Of a DNA stretch of 64,000 nucleotides, positions 9,144-19,562 are shown one piece after another. The notes beneath the pieces are model-generated. The model was not told where the DNA came from. It made no database searches and saw nothing but the letters and a program-made list of their open reading frames with translations. The DNA is taken from sequence record SRR31156797_4840; one strand, 5' to 3'. Both the position numbers and the translations under genes were made by a program. The stretch's first letter is position 1, and each line of letters starts with the position of its first letter.

Positions 9144-10697
9144 TTAAGCATTTTTTTGACGGTATTCTTTCGGTGAGATACTTTCTTTCTTCTTGAACAA
9201 AAAGGAAAAATAATTTGGGTCATTATAGCCAACATCAAAGGCGATCTCAGATAGCCGTAGATTTGTCGTTAACAGCAGTTCCTTAGCTAAGGTCAATCGT
9301 TGCTCGGTCAAGTATTCGATAAACGTAGAATCAGTGGCTTGCGAGAAGATGGTGCTGAAGTGCGCCGGACTCAAATGAACTTTTTCAGCAACTACATTTA
9401 AGGAAATATTGGGATCAGAAAAGTGCTCACTGATAAAGGCTTTGGCTTGATTGATGACGCTTTGATACTTCGCCATTGCAGGATTGATGGGTTGTTTGGT
9501 CAATAGCGGCAACAGTTCTGCCAGAGTCGTTTGATAGTTCTCTGGCTCATGGGTCAATGCCGCTAGATAGTCTAAGTCATGGGCGTGCTGAACGATCTGG
9601 GGCAGCGAATGACTGTCTTTTTTCTTCAATAATGCCAGCAATTCGACCAAGACGAACAAACGGTACATTTGCGTTCGCTCAACGGTTCCTTGAGGCGCCA
9701 TCAATTCAGCGATCAGCTCAGGGATCGTCTGTTTCCCAGCATTTGCCAGCCGTGAAGCAAGGTCGGTTTTGAAAGGATTGGTGGGGGACAGTTCCCCTTC
9801 GCGAATGTCGTCTTCATAGCTGATGATTTTTTCCTTGCGGATGCTGCCATAGGTTTTTAGCATATCACGAGCTTTCTGATAAGAAAGAGAGATACCCGAG
9901 AAGCGATCTGCTACCGGTCCGATCGCCACTGCTACTTCTTCCCCAGAACCATGAACGAGGCTTTGAGCGATCTGATAGGCTTTTTCTAAAACTTGTTCTC
10001 GGTCATGGTCAAAAAGCAAAAACTTGATGAAGCGGCTAGAAACACTGGAGAACAAGACGGCATCGTCTTGTTCATAGGCTTTGGTCAGCTGCTGGCTAAA
10101 GCGAGTGTAGTCAGAAAAGCTTTGATTGAAGGGGGTTTTTGCTAAGAGCACACAAAACTGTTTGCCTGAAAAGCGCCGGCCCAGTTCTTCTGCTTGCAAA
10201 AAGGCTTCTGAGATCGTGATCTTTTGTTTAAAGAGGTGATTCAGAAAGTGATTCTTTTTGATTTCCATTTCGAATAAATCGTCTTCTTTGGATAATTGTT
10301 GATGGGTGGTTTGTTGTTCATCTAAATGTTGAACGACGGTTTTGATGGCTTGTTCTAATTCTTCGTTTTTGATGGGCTTGAGCAAGTAATCGTCTGCTTG
10401 CAGCTGCAGTGCCGTTTTTGCATAGTCAAAATCATCAAAGCCGCTAACGAAAATAATGCGAACTTGCGGCAATAATTTCTTGGCTTCTTTCGCAAAGACC
10501 AAGCCGTCCATAAACGGCATTTTGATATCACTGATAATAATATCAGGACGCAGATCAAGGATCGAAGCCAGCGCCAATTCGCCATCTGCGGCTTCATCGC
10601 TATAAACGATCGGGTATTGTTTGGCAAGAGTCATGATTTGGTGGCGCAAACTATCGCGAATCAGATGTTCATCTTCAACTATGAACACTTTGTACAT
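9144..10697 (-). CDS. Response regulator with AraC output domain (YesN-like)
   Basis: Receiver 'VEDE', 'DIKMP', 'YLLKP'; C-terminal AraC 'VGYNDPNYFS..FKK...SPKEYR'. Confidence 0.92.
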   Translation of the reverse strand: MYKVFIVEDEHLIRDSLRHQIMTLAKQYPIVYSDEAADGELALASILDLRPDIIISDIKMPFMDGLVFAKEAKKLLPQVRIIFVSGFDDFDYAKTALQLQADDYLLKPIKNEELEQAIKTVVQHLDEQQTTHQQLSKEDDLFEMEIKKNHFLNHLFKQKITISEAFLQAEELGRRFSGKQFCVLLAKTPFNQSFSDYTRFSQQLTKAYEQDDAVLFSSVSSRFIKFLLFDHDREQVLEKAYQIAQSLVHGSGEEVAVAIGPVADRFSGISLSYQKARDMLKTYGSIRKEKIISYEDDIREGELSPTNPFKTDLASRLANAGKQTIPELIAELMAPQGTVERTQMYRLFVLVELLALLKKKDSHSLPQIVQHAHDLDYLAALTHEPENYQTTLAELLPLLTKQPINPAMAKYQSVINQAKAFISEHFSDPNISLNVVAEKVHLSPAHFSTIFSQATDSTFIEYLTEQRLTLAKELLLTTNLRLSEIAFDVGYNDPNYFSFLFKKKESISPKEYRQKNA

Positions 10698-12123
10698 GGT
10701 TGGGTTCCTCCCTTTTTGGTACTGTGACGTTAATCGTGGTGCCTTCTTGGTATTGACTGTGGATCGTCAGTTGCGCTTCGCTGCCGTAGTTCAGCTGGAG
10801 ACGGCGATAGACATTATATAGGCCATAGCCGCTCTCAGAGGCGGGATCAGTGGTTTCTTTAAGGTTACGACGAATCTCCTCCAAACGCTCAGGGTCGATT
10901 CCAACACCGTTGTCACTGATGGTCATTTGAATCTGGTGAGGCAATTCTGACACTGTGATTCGAATCATGCCGACACGACGGACAAATTTGGTGCCATGAT
11001 ATACGGCGTTTTCAACAAGGGGCTGCAGGACCATTTTCAGGACCTGTAGTTCTGGACTGACAGTTTGATCTTCAATGGTGTAAGACAGCATCCTGCCATA
11101 GCGGATCTGCAAAATCTTCAAGTAATCGTCCACATGCCGCAATTCTTTTTCCAGCGGAATCCAGTCTTGCCCTTTGCTTAAGGAGATGCGGAAAAAATCT
11201 GACAGCGCATAAGTCATTTCGGTTGCTTGCTCGTAACGGGCAGCTTCAATCAAAGAAACGATCGCATCTAAACTATTATAGATGAAATGTGGAGTGATCT
11301 GGGCTTGTAAGACCCGCACCTCACTTTGGGCTAAGTGATACTGCTTCAAGGCATTTTCTTCCAAGAGCCGAGTCAAGTCATCTGCCATCCGATTCAAGCT
11401 ACTCGTCAGAGTCCGCAGCTCTGGGGTTTCGGGCAGTTCTGCTCGGTAGCTCAAATGTCCTTGGGATAGTTCGTTAGAAAGATCTAATAACCGATCCAAT
11501 GGGTCTTGCAGATTGTCCCGAACAAAGCGCCGGTTTTTATTGATGATCGCAAAGATGATCAAAAGCAACACGACTTGAAAAAGGATCAGTAACAATACCG
11601 ATTGGACTAGTTCGTGATTGGTTTGGCTGGCTAAGCTGATCTCTACCCCGACGAATTGCTGCAAAATATCGGATAGCAAATCGATCACCGAATCCAGTTG
11701 GATCATGACGTATTGGTTTTGTTCCACCGGTTCATCGTTGAGAATATTATCGATCAACTGTTGCTGATAGGTTTCTAAAGAATCGAGCGTCCGAAAGGCG
11801 ACTGCTAAAATATTGAGCTCTTTCGCAGTGCTGGTATTTTCTTGAATGTGCTGCAGATCGCTCCTTAGTTCATCGATCACATTGGTTTCTTGAACTTGTG
11901 CGACGGTTTTTTGACCAAAGACTAAATCCCACATTTCTTCCAAGACAATGGCATCGACTTTTTCCGATAATTGATTGGCTTCTTCAATATTGTTAATGGT
12001 ATTTTGGTAAATGAAAATCTGCCGCGAGTAAAACACACTGCTTAGTACGAGGGGAATAAAGGCGACGAGGATCATCAGTTTATTCGTCTGTTGAAAGATG
12101 CCCTTGATACTTTTTGTTTTCAT
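10675..12123 (-). CDS. Sensor histidine kinase (YesM/LytS-like, HAMP)
   Basis: Two TMs, HAMP, 'LQAQITPHFIYNSL', 'LQPLVENAVYHG', 'DNGVG'; start reassigned to the ATG after GAGGGG. Confidence 0.92.
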   Translation of the reverse strand: MKTKSIKGIFQQTNKLMILVAFIPLVLSSVFYSRQIFIYQNTINNIEEANQLSEKVDAIVLEEMWDLVFGQKTVAQVQETNVIDELRSDLQHIQENTSTAKELNILAVAFRTLDSLETYQQQLIDNILNDEPVEQNQYVMIQLDSVIDLLSDILQQFVGVEISLASQTNHELVQSVLLLILFQVVLLLIIFAIINKNRRFVRDNLQDPLDRLLDLSNELSQGHLSYRAELPETPELRTLTSSLNRMADDLTRLLEENALKQYHLAQSEVRVLQAQITPHFIYNSLDAIVSLIEAARYEQATEMTYALSDFFRISLSKGQDWIPLEKELRHVDDYLKILQIRYGRMLSYTIEDQTVSPELQVLKMVLQPLVENAVYHGTKFVRRVGMIRITVSELPHQIQMTISDNGVGIDPERLEEIRRNLKETTDPASESGYGLYNVYRRLQLNYGSEAQLTIHSQYQEGTTINVTVPKREEPNHVQSVHS

Positions 12124-12133
12124 CTTCATCCCC

Positions 12134-13138
12134 TCAATAATTTCTCGGCGGAATCTGATCGAAATCCATGTCACTGGAAAAAACCGTTTCATGGACATAG
12201 ATTTCACGAGGGATGGCATCGGCGCCGCGAGCCAAGTAGCGAGAGATGGCATTTTTGACGAACACCCCGGCATCTGGGTTGCACTCAACGACACAATTGA
12301 CCACTCCTTGCTTCAATTTATCGATCATTTCTTTTTGAGCATCGATCGATACGATCACTAAATCCTTCCCCGGCTCAATATCGGTTTTTTCTAAGGCTTC
12401 TAGGGCACCCAACGTCATCTCATCATTGTGGCTGAACAAGACATCAATCTGTTCCATTTTGCCTGCTGCGATGTATTGTTCGATGACTTCTTTGCCTTTA
12501 CGGCGGATGAAATCGCCGTTTAATTCGTCTACGACTTGGATCGTCACATTGTTATGGGCATAATCACGCTTGATGGTTTCTCGGAACCCTTCTGAGCGCA
12601 AATACGTCGGGGACGTAGCATCCAGTCCCGTCAATTCTAAAATATTGACTGTTTTGTTCTCATGCTCTTTATAATAATTACTAACGTAGAGACCTGCACG
12701 ATTGCCCTCGGCTTTGAAGCTTGGCCCGATATGGGTCAAAAATAAAGAGGGATCGCTGACATTGACATGTCGATCTACCACGAAAACGGGAATCCCAGCT
12801 TGGGCCGCTTCTTCCAAAATCGGTTCCCAATTGTTTTCCTGAATGGGGGTAAAGACGATGGCATCGACTTGATACACGATAAAATTACGGATATCTTGGA
12901 TCTGTCGCTCTTGATTCATATAACCGTTACGATAAAGGACTTCATAGCCTTCCTTCTCTAATTCAGTGCGGATCGATTCCGTATGGCGTTTACGCCAGCT
13001 GCTTTCCGTTCCCGACTGGGAAAAACCGATCACAATACTTTCTTCCGCTGTTTCAGTGGTTGTTTCTTTGTTTGCTTGGCAACCAGCCAAGAAAGACAGA
13101 TACAAACAAAGGAGTAACCCAATTTTTCTATTCCTCAT
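12134..13138 (-). CDS. Sugar-binding lipoprotein (type I PBP, YtfQ-like), probably a sensory partner of the kinase
   Basis: Lipobox LAGC, '[12 protein letters not shown]', '[10 protein letters not shown]'; first gene of the SBP-HK-RR unit. Confidence 0.85.
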   Translation of the reverse strand: MRNRKIGLLLCLYLSFLAGCQANKETTTETAEESIVIGFSQSGTESSWRKRHTESIRTELEKEGYEVLYRNGYMNQERQIQDIRNFIVYQVDAIVFTPIQENNWEPILEEAAQAGIPVFVVDRHVNVSDPSLFLTHIGPSFKAEGNRAGLYVSNYYKEHENKTVNILELTGLDATSPTYLRSEGFRETIKRDYAHNNVTIQVVDELNGDFIRRKGKEVIEQYIAAGKMEQIDVLFSHNDEMTLGALEALEKTDIEPGKDLVIVSIDAQKEMIDKLKQGVVNCVVECNPDAGVFVKNAISRYLARGADAIPREIYVHETVFSSDMDFDQIPPRNY

Positions 13139-13175
13139 TTTTTTCACCTCTATGGTCTATTCTACTAAAAAATAC

Positions 13176-13337
13176 GGAAGCGCTTTACACGAAATATCAA
13201 ATCAAATAAAAACCAAGGGAATCTTAAAAAATCCAAGATTACGAAAAGAAAAAGCGGCAACTGGGCCGACCTTTCTCAAGAAATCCAAGACATCTCGAAA
13301 AAATCTAAATGTAAGCGATTCCTTAACTGGCTATACT
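13176..13337. promoter_or_regulatory. Divergent control region with direct repeats, cre-like sites and a -10 element
   Basis: TCTTAAAAAATCCAAGA 13222-13238 and TCTCAAGAAATCCAAGA 13274-13290; cre-like TGTAAGCGATTCCT 13310-13323 and GGAAGCGCTTTACA near 13176; TATACT 13332-13337. Confidence 0.6.
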
Positions 13338-13370
13338 GAGTATGTAAGAAAAAGACATGGAGGGATCACA

Positions 13371-14471
13371 ATGAAAGGTACTTTTGGTAAATTGGTCGTC
13401 CTAGCATCCACCTTATTGGTTGGCGGATTGTTAGCAGCTTGTGGGAATGGATCAGACAGCGGGGCAAACGGTGATGGAGACAAAGGATTTGTTGGGATCG
13501 CGATGCCGACCAAATCGGCAGAACGATGGATCGCAGATGGCGACAATATGGTAGAGGAATTAGAGAAGCTTGGCTATAAAACTGACCTGCAATATGGAGA
13601 AGACAAAGTAGAAAACCAAGTGGCACAAATTGAGAACATGATCACCAAAGGCGTTGATACCTTAGTGATCGCCTCGATCGATGGTTCGGCACTGACGGAC
13701 GTGTTGGAAAAAGCCCATAACGAAGACATCACAGTCATCGCCTATGACCGTTTACTGATGAACTCGGAATACGTCGATTATTATGCCACCTTTGATAATT
13801 TTGGGGTCGGCGTGCTGCAAGCGTCTTATATTGAAGACAAATTAGGCCTCAAAGATGGTGAAGGACCATTTAACATTGAATTATTCGGCGGTTCTCCAGA
13901 TGATAACAATGCACTGATCAATTATAATGGGGTCCTTTCGGTTTTCCAACAATACTTTGACAGCGGACAGCTAGTCGTTCCTTCCGGTCAAACCAACTTC
14001 AACCAAATCGCTACCTTGCGTTGGGATGGTTCAACCGCGCAAGCTCGGATGGACAATTTGTTGAGTGCCAACTATACGGATCAAACATTGGATGCTGTTC
14101 TTTCACCTTATGATCCAATCAGCCTAGGAATCATCTCATCGCTTAAAGGTGTGGGCTATGGTTCCTCTGATAAACCACTGCCTGTGATCACCGGTCAAGA
14201 TGCGACGGTGGCAGGAGTGAAATCAATCATCGCGGGCGAACAAACCCAAACGATTTTTAAAGATACACGGGTGTTAGCGAAAAACACGATCGAAATGATC
14301 GAAGCCATCACCAATGGCGAGGAAGTGCCGGTCAACGATACTGAAACCTATGATAATGGCGTCAAAGTCGTACCAACCTACTTGTCAAATCCTGTTTCTG
14401 TGGATAGCGACAACTACAAAGAAGAATTGATCGATACCGATTACTATACAGAAGAAGAGCTGGGCATTTAA
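13371..14471 (+). CDS. Multiple-monosaccharide ABC transporter binding lipoprotein (ChvE/SbpA-like)
   Basis: Lipobox LAAC; '[16 protein letters not shown]', 'YYATFDNF', 'GGSPDDNNA', 'TIFKDTR'; true start at 13371 after GGAGG. Confidence 0.9.
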   Translation: MKGTFGKLVVLASTLLVGGLLAACGNGSDSGANGDGDKGFVGIAMPTKSAERWIADGDNMVEELEKLGYKTDLQYGEDKVENQVAQIENMITKGVDTLVIASIDGSALTDVLEKAHNEDITVIAYDRLLMNSEYVDYYATFDNFGVGVLQASYIEDKLGLKDGEGPFNIELFGGSPDDNNALINYNGVLSVFQQYFDSGQLVVPSGQTNFNQIATLRWDGSTAQARMDNLLSANYTDQTLDAVLSPYDPISLGIISSLKGVGYGSSDKPLPVITGQDATVAGVKSIIAGEQTQTIFKDTRVLAKNTIEMIEAITNGEEVPVNDTETYDNGVKVVPTYLSNPVSVDSDNYKEELIDTDYYTEEELGI

Positions 14472-14617
14472 GCAAGGAGTGCAGATCCAGCGAGAAAAGA
14501 TGCTAGTTTCCCCTCAAGCAGCAGGGAAGAACGAATCATCCCCAGTATTCGTTCTTTCCGCTTTTCTTACAAAGGGAGCGCATCACTTTTACATAAAAAG
14601 GAAAAGGGTGAAAGAAC

Positions 14618-16147
14618 ATGGCAGATAATATTTTGATGATGAAAGGCATCGTCAAAGAGTTTTCAGGGGTTCGCGCCCTTGATAACGTCAACCTCTCGAT
14701 CGAGCGAGGAGAGATCCACGCACTGTGTGGAGAAAATGGCGCTGGCAAGTCCACGCTGATGAATGTCTTAAGCGGACTCTATCCTTACGGCAGTTATGAT
14801 GGAGAGATCTATTATGAAGGGGAGTTATGCAAGTTCAAAGATTTGCGGGACAGCGAGGACAAAGGAATCGTTATTATTCATCAAGAGTTAGCCTTAAGTC
14901 CTTACCTGTCGATCAAAGAAAATATTTTTTTAGGAAATGAACAAGCCAAGCACGGCATTATTGATTGGGATCTGACCGAAAAGAAAACGGACAATCTCTT
15001 AAAGATCGTTGGCTTAAAATTAGACCCGAATACGCTGGTTTCACAAATCGGTGTCGGGCATCAACAGCTGGTGGAAATTGCCAAAGCATTTTCAAAATCC
15101 GTCCGATTGTTGATTTTAGATGAACCAACCGCAGCGTTGAATGAAGAAGAAAGTGCCAATCTGTTAGAGCTGATCAAAGAGTTTCGCAACCAAGGGATCA
15201 CTTCGATCATCATCTCCCACAAGCTGAATGAAATCGTCAATGTGGCGGATCGCATCACGATTTTACGAGACGGGCAAACGATCGAGACGCTGAGCGGGGC
15301 CGAAATCTCTGAAGAGCGTATCATTCGGGGCATGGTTGGGCGAGATTTGACCAATCGCTACCCAGAGCGGAAACCCACTATTGGTGAACCGTTTTTTGAA
15401 GTCAAAAATTGGACGGTCCATCATCCAATCGACCATACCCGTGTGGTGAATGAAAATTTGAACTTGATGATCCGCAAAGGAGAGATCATCGGCATCGCCG
15501 GTTTGATGGGTGCTGGCCGGACTGAGTTTGCCATGAGTGTCTTCGGTCATTCCTACGGCAGTTCGATTTCGGGGGAAGTCTATAAAGACGGCCAACCGAT
15601 TTCTGTCAAAGACGTGCCAACCGCCATCAAAAATGGGTTAGCCTATGTGTCGGAAGACAGAAAAGCGCTGGGCTTGAATCTGCTGATGGATATTCGCGAG
15701 AACACCACCATCGCTAGTCTTGCCAAAATCAGCCGCCAAGGGGTCATCGATAAAGAAAAAGAAGTCACGATGGCAGAAGAATTCCGCAAAAAAATGCGGA
15801 CGAAAACCAATTCAATCTATCAAAACGTTGGCAGTTTGAGTGGTGGGAATCAGCAAAAAGTCGTTTTGGCAAAGTGGCTGATGACCACACCAGATATCTT
15901 ATTTTTAGATGAACCGACCCGCGGGATCGATGTCGGGGCGAAGTACGAAATCTATACGATCATCGAAGAGATGGCAGCAGCTGGCAAAGCCATCTGTATC
16001 ATCTCCTCGGAGTTACCAGAACTATTAGGCATGTGCGACCGGATCTACACGATGAACGAAGGCCGCTTCACGGGCGAAGTGTTACGGGAAGAGGCCGACC
16101 AAGAACGATTGATGAATCTAATGACACTAGAAGAGAGTGGGGTTTGA
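14618..16147 (+). CDS. Monosaccharide ABC transporter ATPase (GguA/MmsA-like, two NBDs)
   Basis: 'GENGAGKST', 'LDEPT', 'LSGGNQQKV', '[12 protein letters not shown]'. Confidence 0.93.
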   Translation: MADNILMMKGIVKEFSGVRALDNVNLSIERGEIHALCGENGAGKSTLMNVLSGLYPYGSYDGEIYYEGELCKFKDLRDSEDKGIVIIHQELALSPYLSIKENIFLGNEQAKHGIIDWDLTEKKTDNLLKIVGLKLDPNTLVSQIGVGHQQLVEIAKAFSKSVRLLILDEPTAALNEEESANLLELIKEFRNQGITSIIISHKLNEIVNVADRITILRDGQTIETLSGAEISEERIIRGMVGRDLTNRYPERKPTIGEPFFEVKNWTVHHPIDHTRVVNENLNLMIRKGEIIGIAGLMGAGRTEFAMSVFGHSYGSSISGEVYKDGQPISVKDVPTAIKNGLAYVSEDRKALGLNLLMDIRENTTIASLAKISRQGVIDKEKEVTMAEEFRKKMRTKTNSIYQNVGSLSGGNQQKVVLAKWLMTTPDILFLDEPTRGIDVGAKYEIYTIIEEMAAAGKAICIISSELPELLGMCDRIYTMNEGRFTGEVLREEADQERLMNLMTLEESGV

Positions 16148-16148
16148 G

Positions 16149-17345
16149 ATGGAAACAACCAATAAATTAAAAAAAGAACGCAGCCATTCGCTGAAAGAAA
16201 AGGCACTGGAAATCTTTAGCAAATACAGTATGATCATTATCTTAGCAGTATTATTGGTGGCCTTTCAGCTCATGACCGACGGAATTTTCTGGCGGCCGCT
16301 GAATATCACCAACCTCGTGTTGCAAAACAGTCATATTCTCGTTTTAGCAGCCGGTATGCTTTTGGTCGTCTTGTTAGGACATGTCGATCTATCCGTAGGC
16401 TCCGTGATGGCGTTTGTCGGTGCGATTGCAGGCGTCTTGATGGTCAATAACGGCATCAGTCCTTGGTTGGCAGTGCCTCTTTGCTTACTGATGGGCGCAG
16501 TGATCGGTGCCTGGCAAGGCTTCTGGGTCGCGTATGTCGGTATCCCAGCATTTATCGTGACCTTGTCTGGTTTACTAATGTTTCGAGGATTGACCCAAGT
16601 CGTCTTAGGCGGTCAATCATTGGCACCGTTTCCCAAGGCATTCCAACAAATTTCTACTGGGTATTTGCCAGATATTGCAGGCGGTCAGATCCATTTACTT
16701 TCCATGATTTTAGGTGTAGTGATCACGGGCATCCTGATTTTAGGCCAATGGCGAACCCGTGAGCGTCGCAAAAAAAATCTTTTTGAAGTGGAATCAATGG
16801 CAGCCTTTACCTTTAAAGCCGTCTTTACTGCGGTCGTATTTCTCGGCGCTACCTACATCTTTGCCTCTTATCAAGGGTATCCGATCATTTTGATCGTCTT
16901 AGGAGTGATCGTGGCTGCCTATGGCTTTTTGACTAACAAAACCGTCGCTGGTCGTCAAATCTATGCAACCGGCGGCAACAAAAAAGCAGCCGAACTTTCT
17001 GGGATCAAGACGAAGAAAATCACCTTCTGGGTCTTCGTGAACATGGGGATGATGGCAGCTTTGGCGGGCTTGGTTTTAGCCGCTCGGTTGAATGCAGCCA
17101 CACCGCAAGCGGGAACGTCAATGGAATTAGATGCAATGGCCGCAGTGTATTTCGGCGGTGCTTCCACCTCAGGCGGTATTGGTACCGTGATGGGGGCGAT
17201 CGTCGGTGGTCTCGTGATGGGTGTCTTAAACAATGGGATGTCGATCTTAGGAGTCGGTGTCGATTGGCAGCAAGCCATCAAAGGGTTGATTTTGCTGCTG
17301 GCTGTCGTGTTGGATATCTACAATAAGAAAAAGAAAATTTCGTAG
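16149..17345 (+). CDS. Monosaccharide ABC transporter permease (GguB/MmsB-like)
   Basis: 'VDLSVGS', 'IPAFIVTL', 'GRQIYATGGNKKAAELSG', 'ELDAMAA'. Confidence 0.92.
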   Translation: METTNKLKKERSHSLKEKALEIFSKYSMIIILAVLLVAFQLMTDGIFWRPLNITNLVLQNSHILVLAAGMLLVVLLGHVDLSVGSVMAFVGAIAGVLMVNNGISPWLAVPLCLLMGAVIGAWQGFWVAYVGIPAFIVTLSGLLMFRGLTQVVLGGQSLAPFPKAFQQISTGYLPDIAGGQIHLLSMILGVVITGILILGQWRTRERRKKNLFEVESMAAFTFKAVFTAVVFLGATYIFASYQGYPIILIVLGVIVAAYGFLTNKTVAGRQIYATGGNKKAAELSGIKTKKITFWVFVNMGMMAALAGLVLAARLNAATPQAGTSMELDAMAAVYFGGASTSGGIGTVMGAIVGGLVMGVLNNGMSILGVGVDWQQAIKGLILLLAVVLDIYNKKKKIS

Positions 17346-17357
17346 GAGGGCCTGTTT

Positions 17358-17693
17358 ATGGAGGACCAAGCACAAAAGACGATTTTATTGATTTGTACCG
17401 CCGGCATCACTACGGGACTCTTAGTAAAAAATATGCAGCGGGCCGCAGATGAAAAAGGGCTAGCTGTGCATATCTATTCGGCACCAGCCATCATTGCTGA
17501 ACAGATCCTGCAGCAACAAACAGTCGATGCCTTGCTGATCGGTCCGCAGTCGAAGTACGAAGTCAATCGATTAAAAGACTTTCTCATGGTCAAAGCGGTA
17601 CCATATAAATTAATCAAAGAAAACGATTATGAGCTGTTAGATGGCGAAGCTGTCCTTGCAGACAGCCTCACCCTCTTACAAAACGATCGCTAG
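17358..17693 (+). CDS. Orphan PTS EIIB (lactose/cellobiose family)
   Basis: 'ILLICTAGITTGLLV', 'LLIGPQ'; RBS AGGAGG; no EIIA/EIIC of this family nearby. Confidence 0.8.
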   Translation: MEDQAQKTILLICTAGITTGLLVKNMQRAADEKGLAVHIYSAPAIIAEQILQQQTVDALLIGPQSKYEVNRLKDFLMVKAVPYKLIKENDYELLDGEAVLADSLTLLQNDR

Positions 17694-17975
17694 GCTCAAA
17701 AAAGAGCTATGTGTTTCAGCGTTTGAATATGTTGTTTAGAGTAGTGCCTTGCGAAGCTCCCAAGCAAGTACTACTCTTTTTATTGTGAAGTAGTTTGATC
17801 ACCTGATAGGGAAGAACCGTCGATTGAGTGCTGCTTCGGTCAGTTCTTGAGCTTTGTTTGCCAGTGAGTGGACAGGTGGCGAAAGTACAGTAAAGGCGGC
17901 GGATCTTTTCCAATGAGGAAACAGTCAAGAATCGATCTTGTATCTGTTTCCTTAAAGCGGCAAACAACTCATAGA

Positions 17976-19433
17976 ATGGAGGAACAGATTATCGAACCAG
18001 CAGAACTTACCCAGATTCGCCCCAGTAAACGACAACTGCAGTGGCAGCAGCTGGAATTTTATGGCTTTATCCACTTTGGTCTCAATACGATGACCAATCG
18101 TGAATGGGGGCTCGGCAATGAGTCGCCAACGGTATTTGACCCGCAAAAGCTAGACTGTCATCAATGGGTTTCTGCAATGAAGCAAAGCGGTATGCAGGGA
18201 ATCATTTTGACCTGCAAACACCATGACGGCTTTTGCTTATGGCCAAGCCAGCACACTGCTTACACAGTCGCTTCAACGCCCTGGCGCAATGGTCAAGGTG
18301 ATTTAGTGAAAGAACTTTCTGATGCTTGCCGTCAAGCAGAACTGAAATTCGGCATTTATTTATCGCCATGGGATCAGCATGAAGCTTGTTATGGAATGGG
18401 GCAAGCTTATGATGATTTTTATACGGCGCAGTTGACAGAACTTTTAACCAATTATGGTGATATATTCGAAATATGGTTAGATGGGGCCAATGGTGAAGGA
18501 CCCAATGGAAAACGCCAAAACTATGATTGGGAACGGTATTATCAAGTGATTCGAGAGCTGCAACCCAATGCAGTGATTGCGGTTTGCGGACCGGATGTCC
18601 GTTGGGTAGGAAACGAAGCGGGGCAAACCAGACTTCAAGAATGGAGTGTGGTGCCAGCAGCATTAAAGGATGCTGAAAAAACAGCGAGTCATTCTCAAAA
18701 AGCCGATAGCACAGCGTTTCGGCAATCGATTTCCAGTATGGAAATGGATTTAGGAAGCCAACAAGCGCTGAAAAAGTACGGCATTAAAGAAGCTGCCGAA
18801 TTGGCTTGGTACCCTGCTGAGGTCAACTTATCGATTCGCCCCGGCTGGTTTTATCATCCATCAGAAGACCAACAAGTAAAAAGCGGCGCTGAGCTCTGGT
18901 CTTTTTACAAGCAGATCGTTGGGGGCAATAGTTCTTTTCTACTTAATGTGCCGCCGATGCCGGATGGTATGATCCATCCAACGGATCAAAAGGCATTGCA
19001 GCAATTAGGTCACTCGATTAAACAATTGAAAGAGGTGACGACTGAAAGGAACGGCACGTTTGCGAGTTCTTCAACCAGTGTGTCCAGCAGAATGGATAAG
19101 CTCCAACTATCTCAAGCGTTTGGCCAGTATTGGAAACCGGACTTGGAAGACAAACGGCCATGGCTGACCCTACATTTTGCAGAACCGGTCGTCATCAATT
19201 CACTTGTATTGAAGGAAGCGATTCAATATGGGCAACGGGTAGAAAAAGCAAAAATTTTTCTGCAAACTGTAGCAGGACCACAGTTACTGACCGAAATAGT
19301 GACGATCGGCTATCAAAAAATCATCAGCTTTGAAGCGGTCGGCGTGTCTGCTGTCAAAATCGTTTTTACTCAAGTTCGGCAAACACCGATCATTCAAACC
19401 ATGGCCGCGCGCTATGTGCCTCAGGAAGAATAA
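17976..19433 (+). CDS. Alpha-L-fucosidase, GH29 (intracellular, probable C-terminal F5/8-like domain)
   Basis: 'FIHFGLNT', 'KHHDGFCLWPS', 'YLSPWD', 'WLDGA', 'SIRPGWFY'; exact start uncertain. Confidence 0.9.
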   Translation: MEEQIIEPAELTQIRPSKRQLQWQQLEFYGFIHFGLNTMTNREWGLGNESPTVFDPQKLDCHQWVSAMKQSGMQGIILTCKHHDGFCLWPSQHTAYTVASTPWRNGQGDLVKELSDACRQAELKFGIYLSPWDQHEACYGMGQAYDDFYTAQLTELLTNYGDIFEIWLDGANGEGPNGKRQNYDWERYYQVIRELQPNAVIAVCGPDVRWVGNEAGQTRLQEWSVVPAALKDAEKTASHSQKADSTAFRQSISSMEMDLGSQQALKKYGIKEAAELAWYPAEVNLSIRPGWFYHPSEDQQVKSGAELWSFYKQIVGGNSSFLLNVPPMPDGMIHPTDQKALQQLGHSIKQLKEVTTERNGTFASSSTSVSSRMDKLQLSQAFGQYWKPDLEDKRPWLTLHFAEPVVINSLVLKEAIQYGQRVEKAKIFLQTVAGPQLLTEIVTIGYQKIISFEAVGVSAVKIVFTQVRQTPIIQTMAARYVPQEE

Positions 19434-19440
19434 AGTAACC

Positions 19441-19474
19441 CAAAAACAGACAGTCGGCTGACTGTCTGTTTTTG
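19441..19474. terminator. Bidirectional terminator
   Basis: CAAAAACAGACAGTC ggct GACTGTCTGTTTTTG perfect 15-bp inverted repeat between convergent genes. Confidence 0.85.
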
Positions 19475-19562
19475 AGGGATACAAATAAGGAATAAAAGTG
19501 GATATTAGTTAAATGCGACTGCCTAGGGGGCAAATCCGAGAACAGTGCATGGTAACTACAAA

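Noticed and set aside
12124..12294. N-terminal extension of the kinase; similarly topB 6880-6993 and GH29 17868-17975
   Set aside because: Longest-ORF artefacts overlapping upstream genes or intergenic DNA; family motifs begin downstream.
12966..13370. 135-aa N-terminal extension of the ChvE-like ORF
   Set aside because: It overlaps the divergent SBP gene and promoter; the RBS and signal peptide place the start at 13371.
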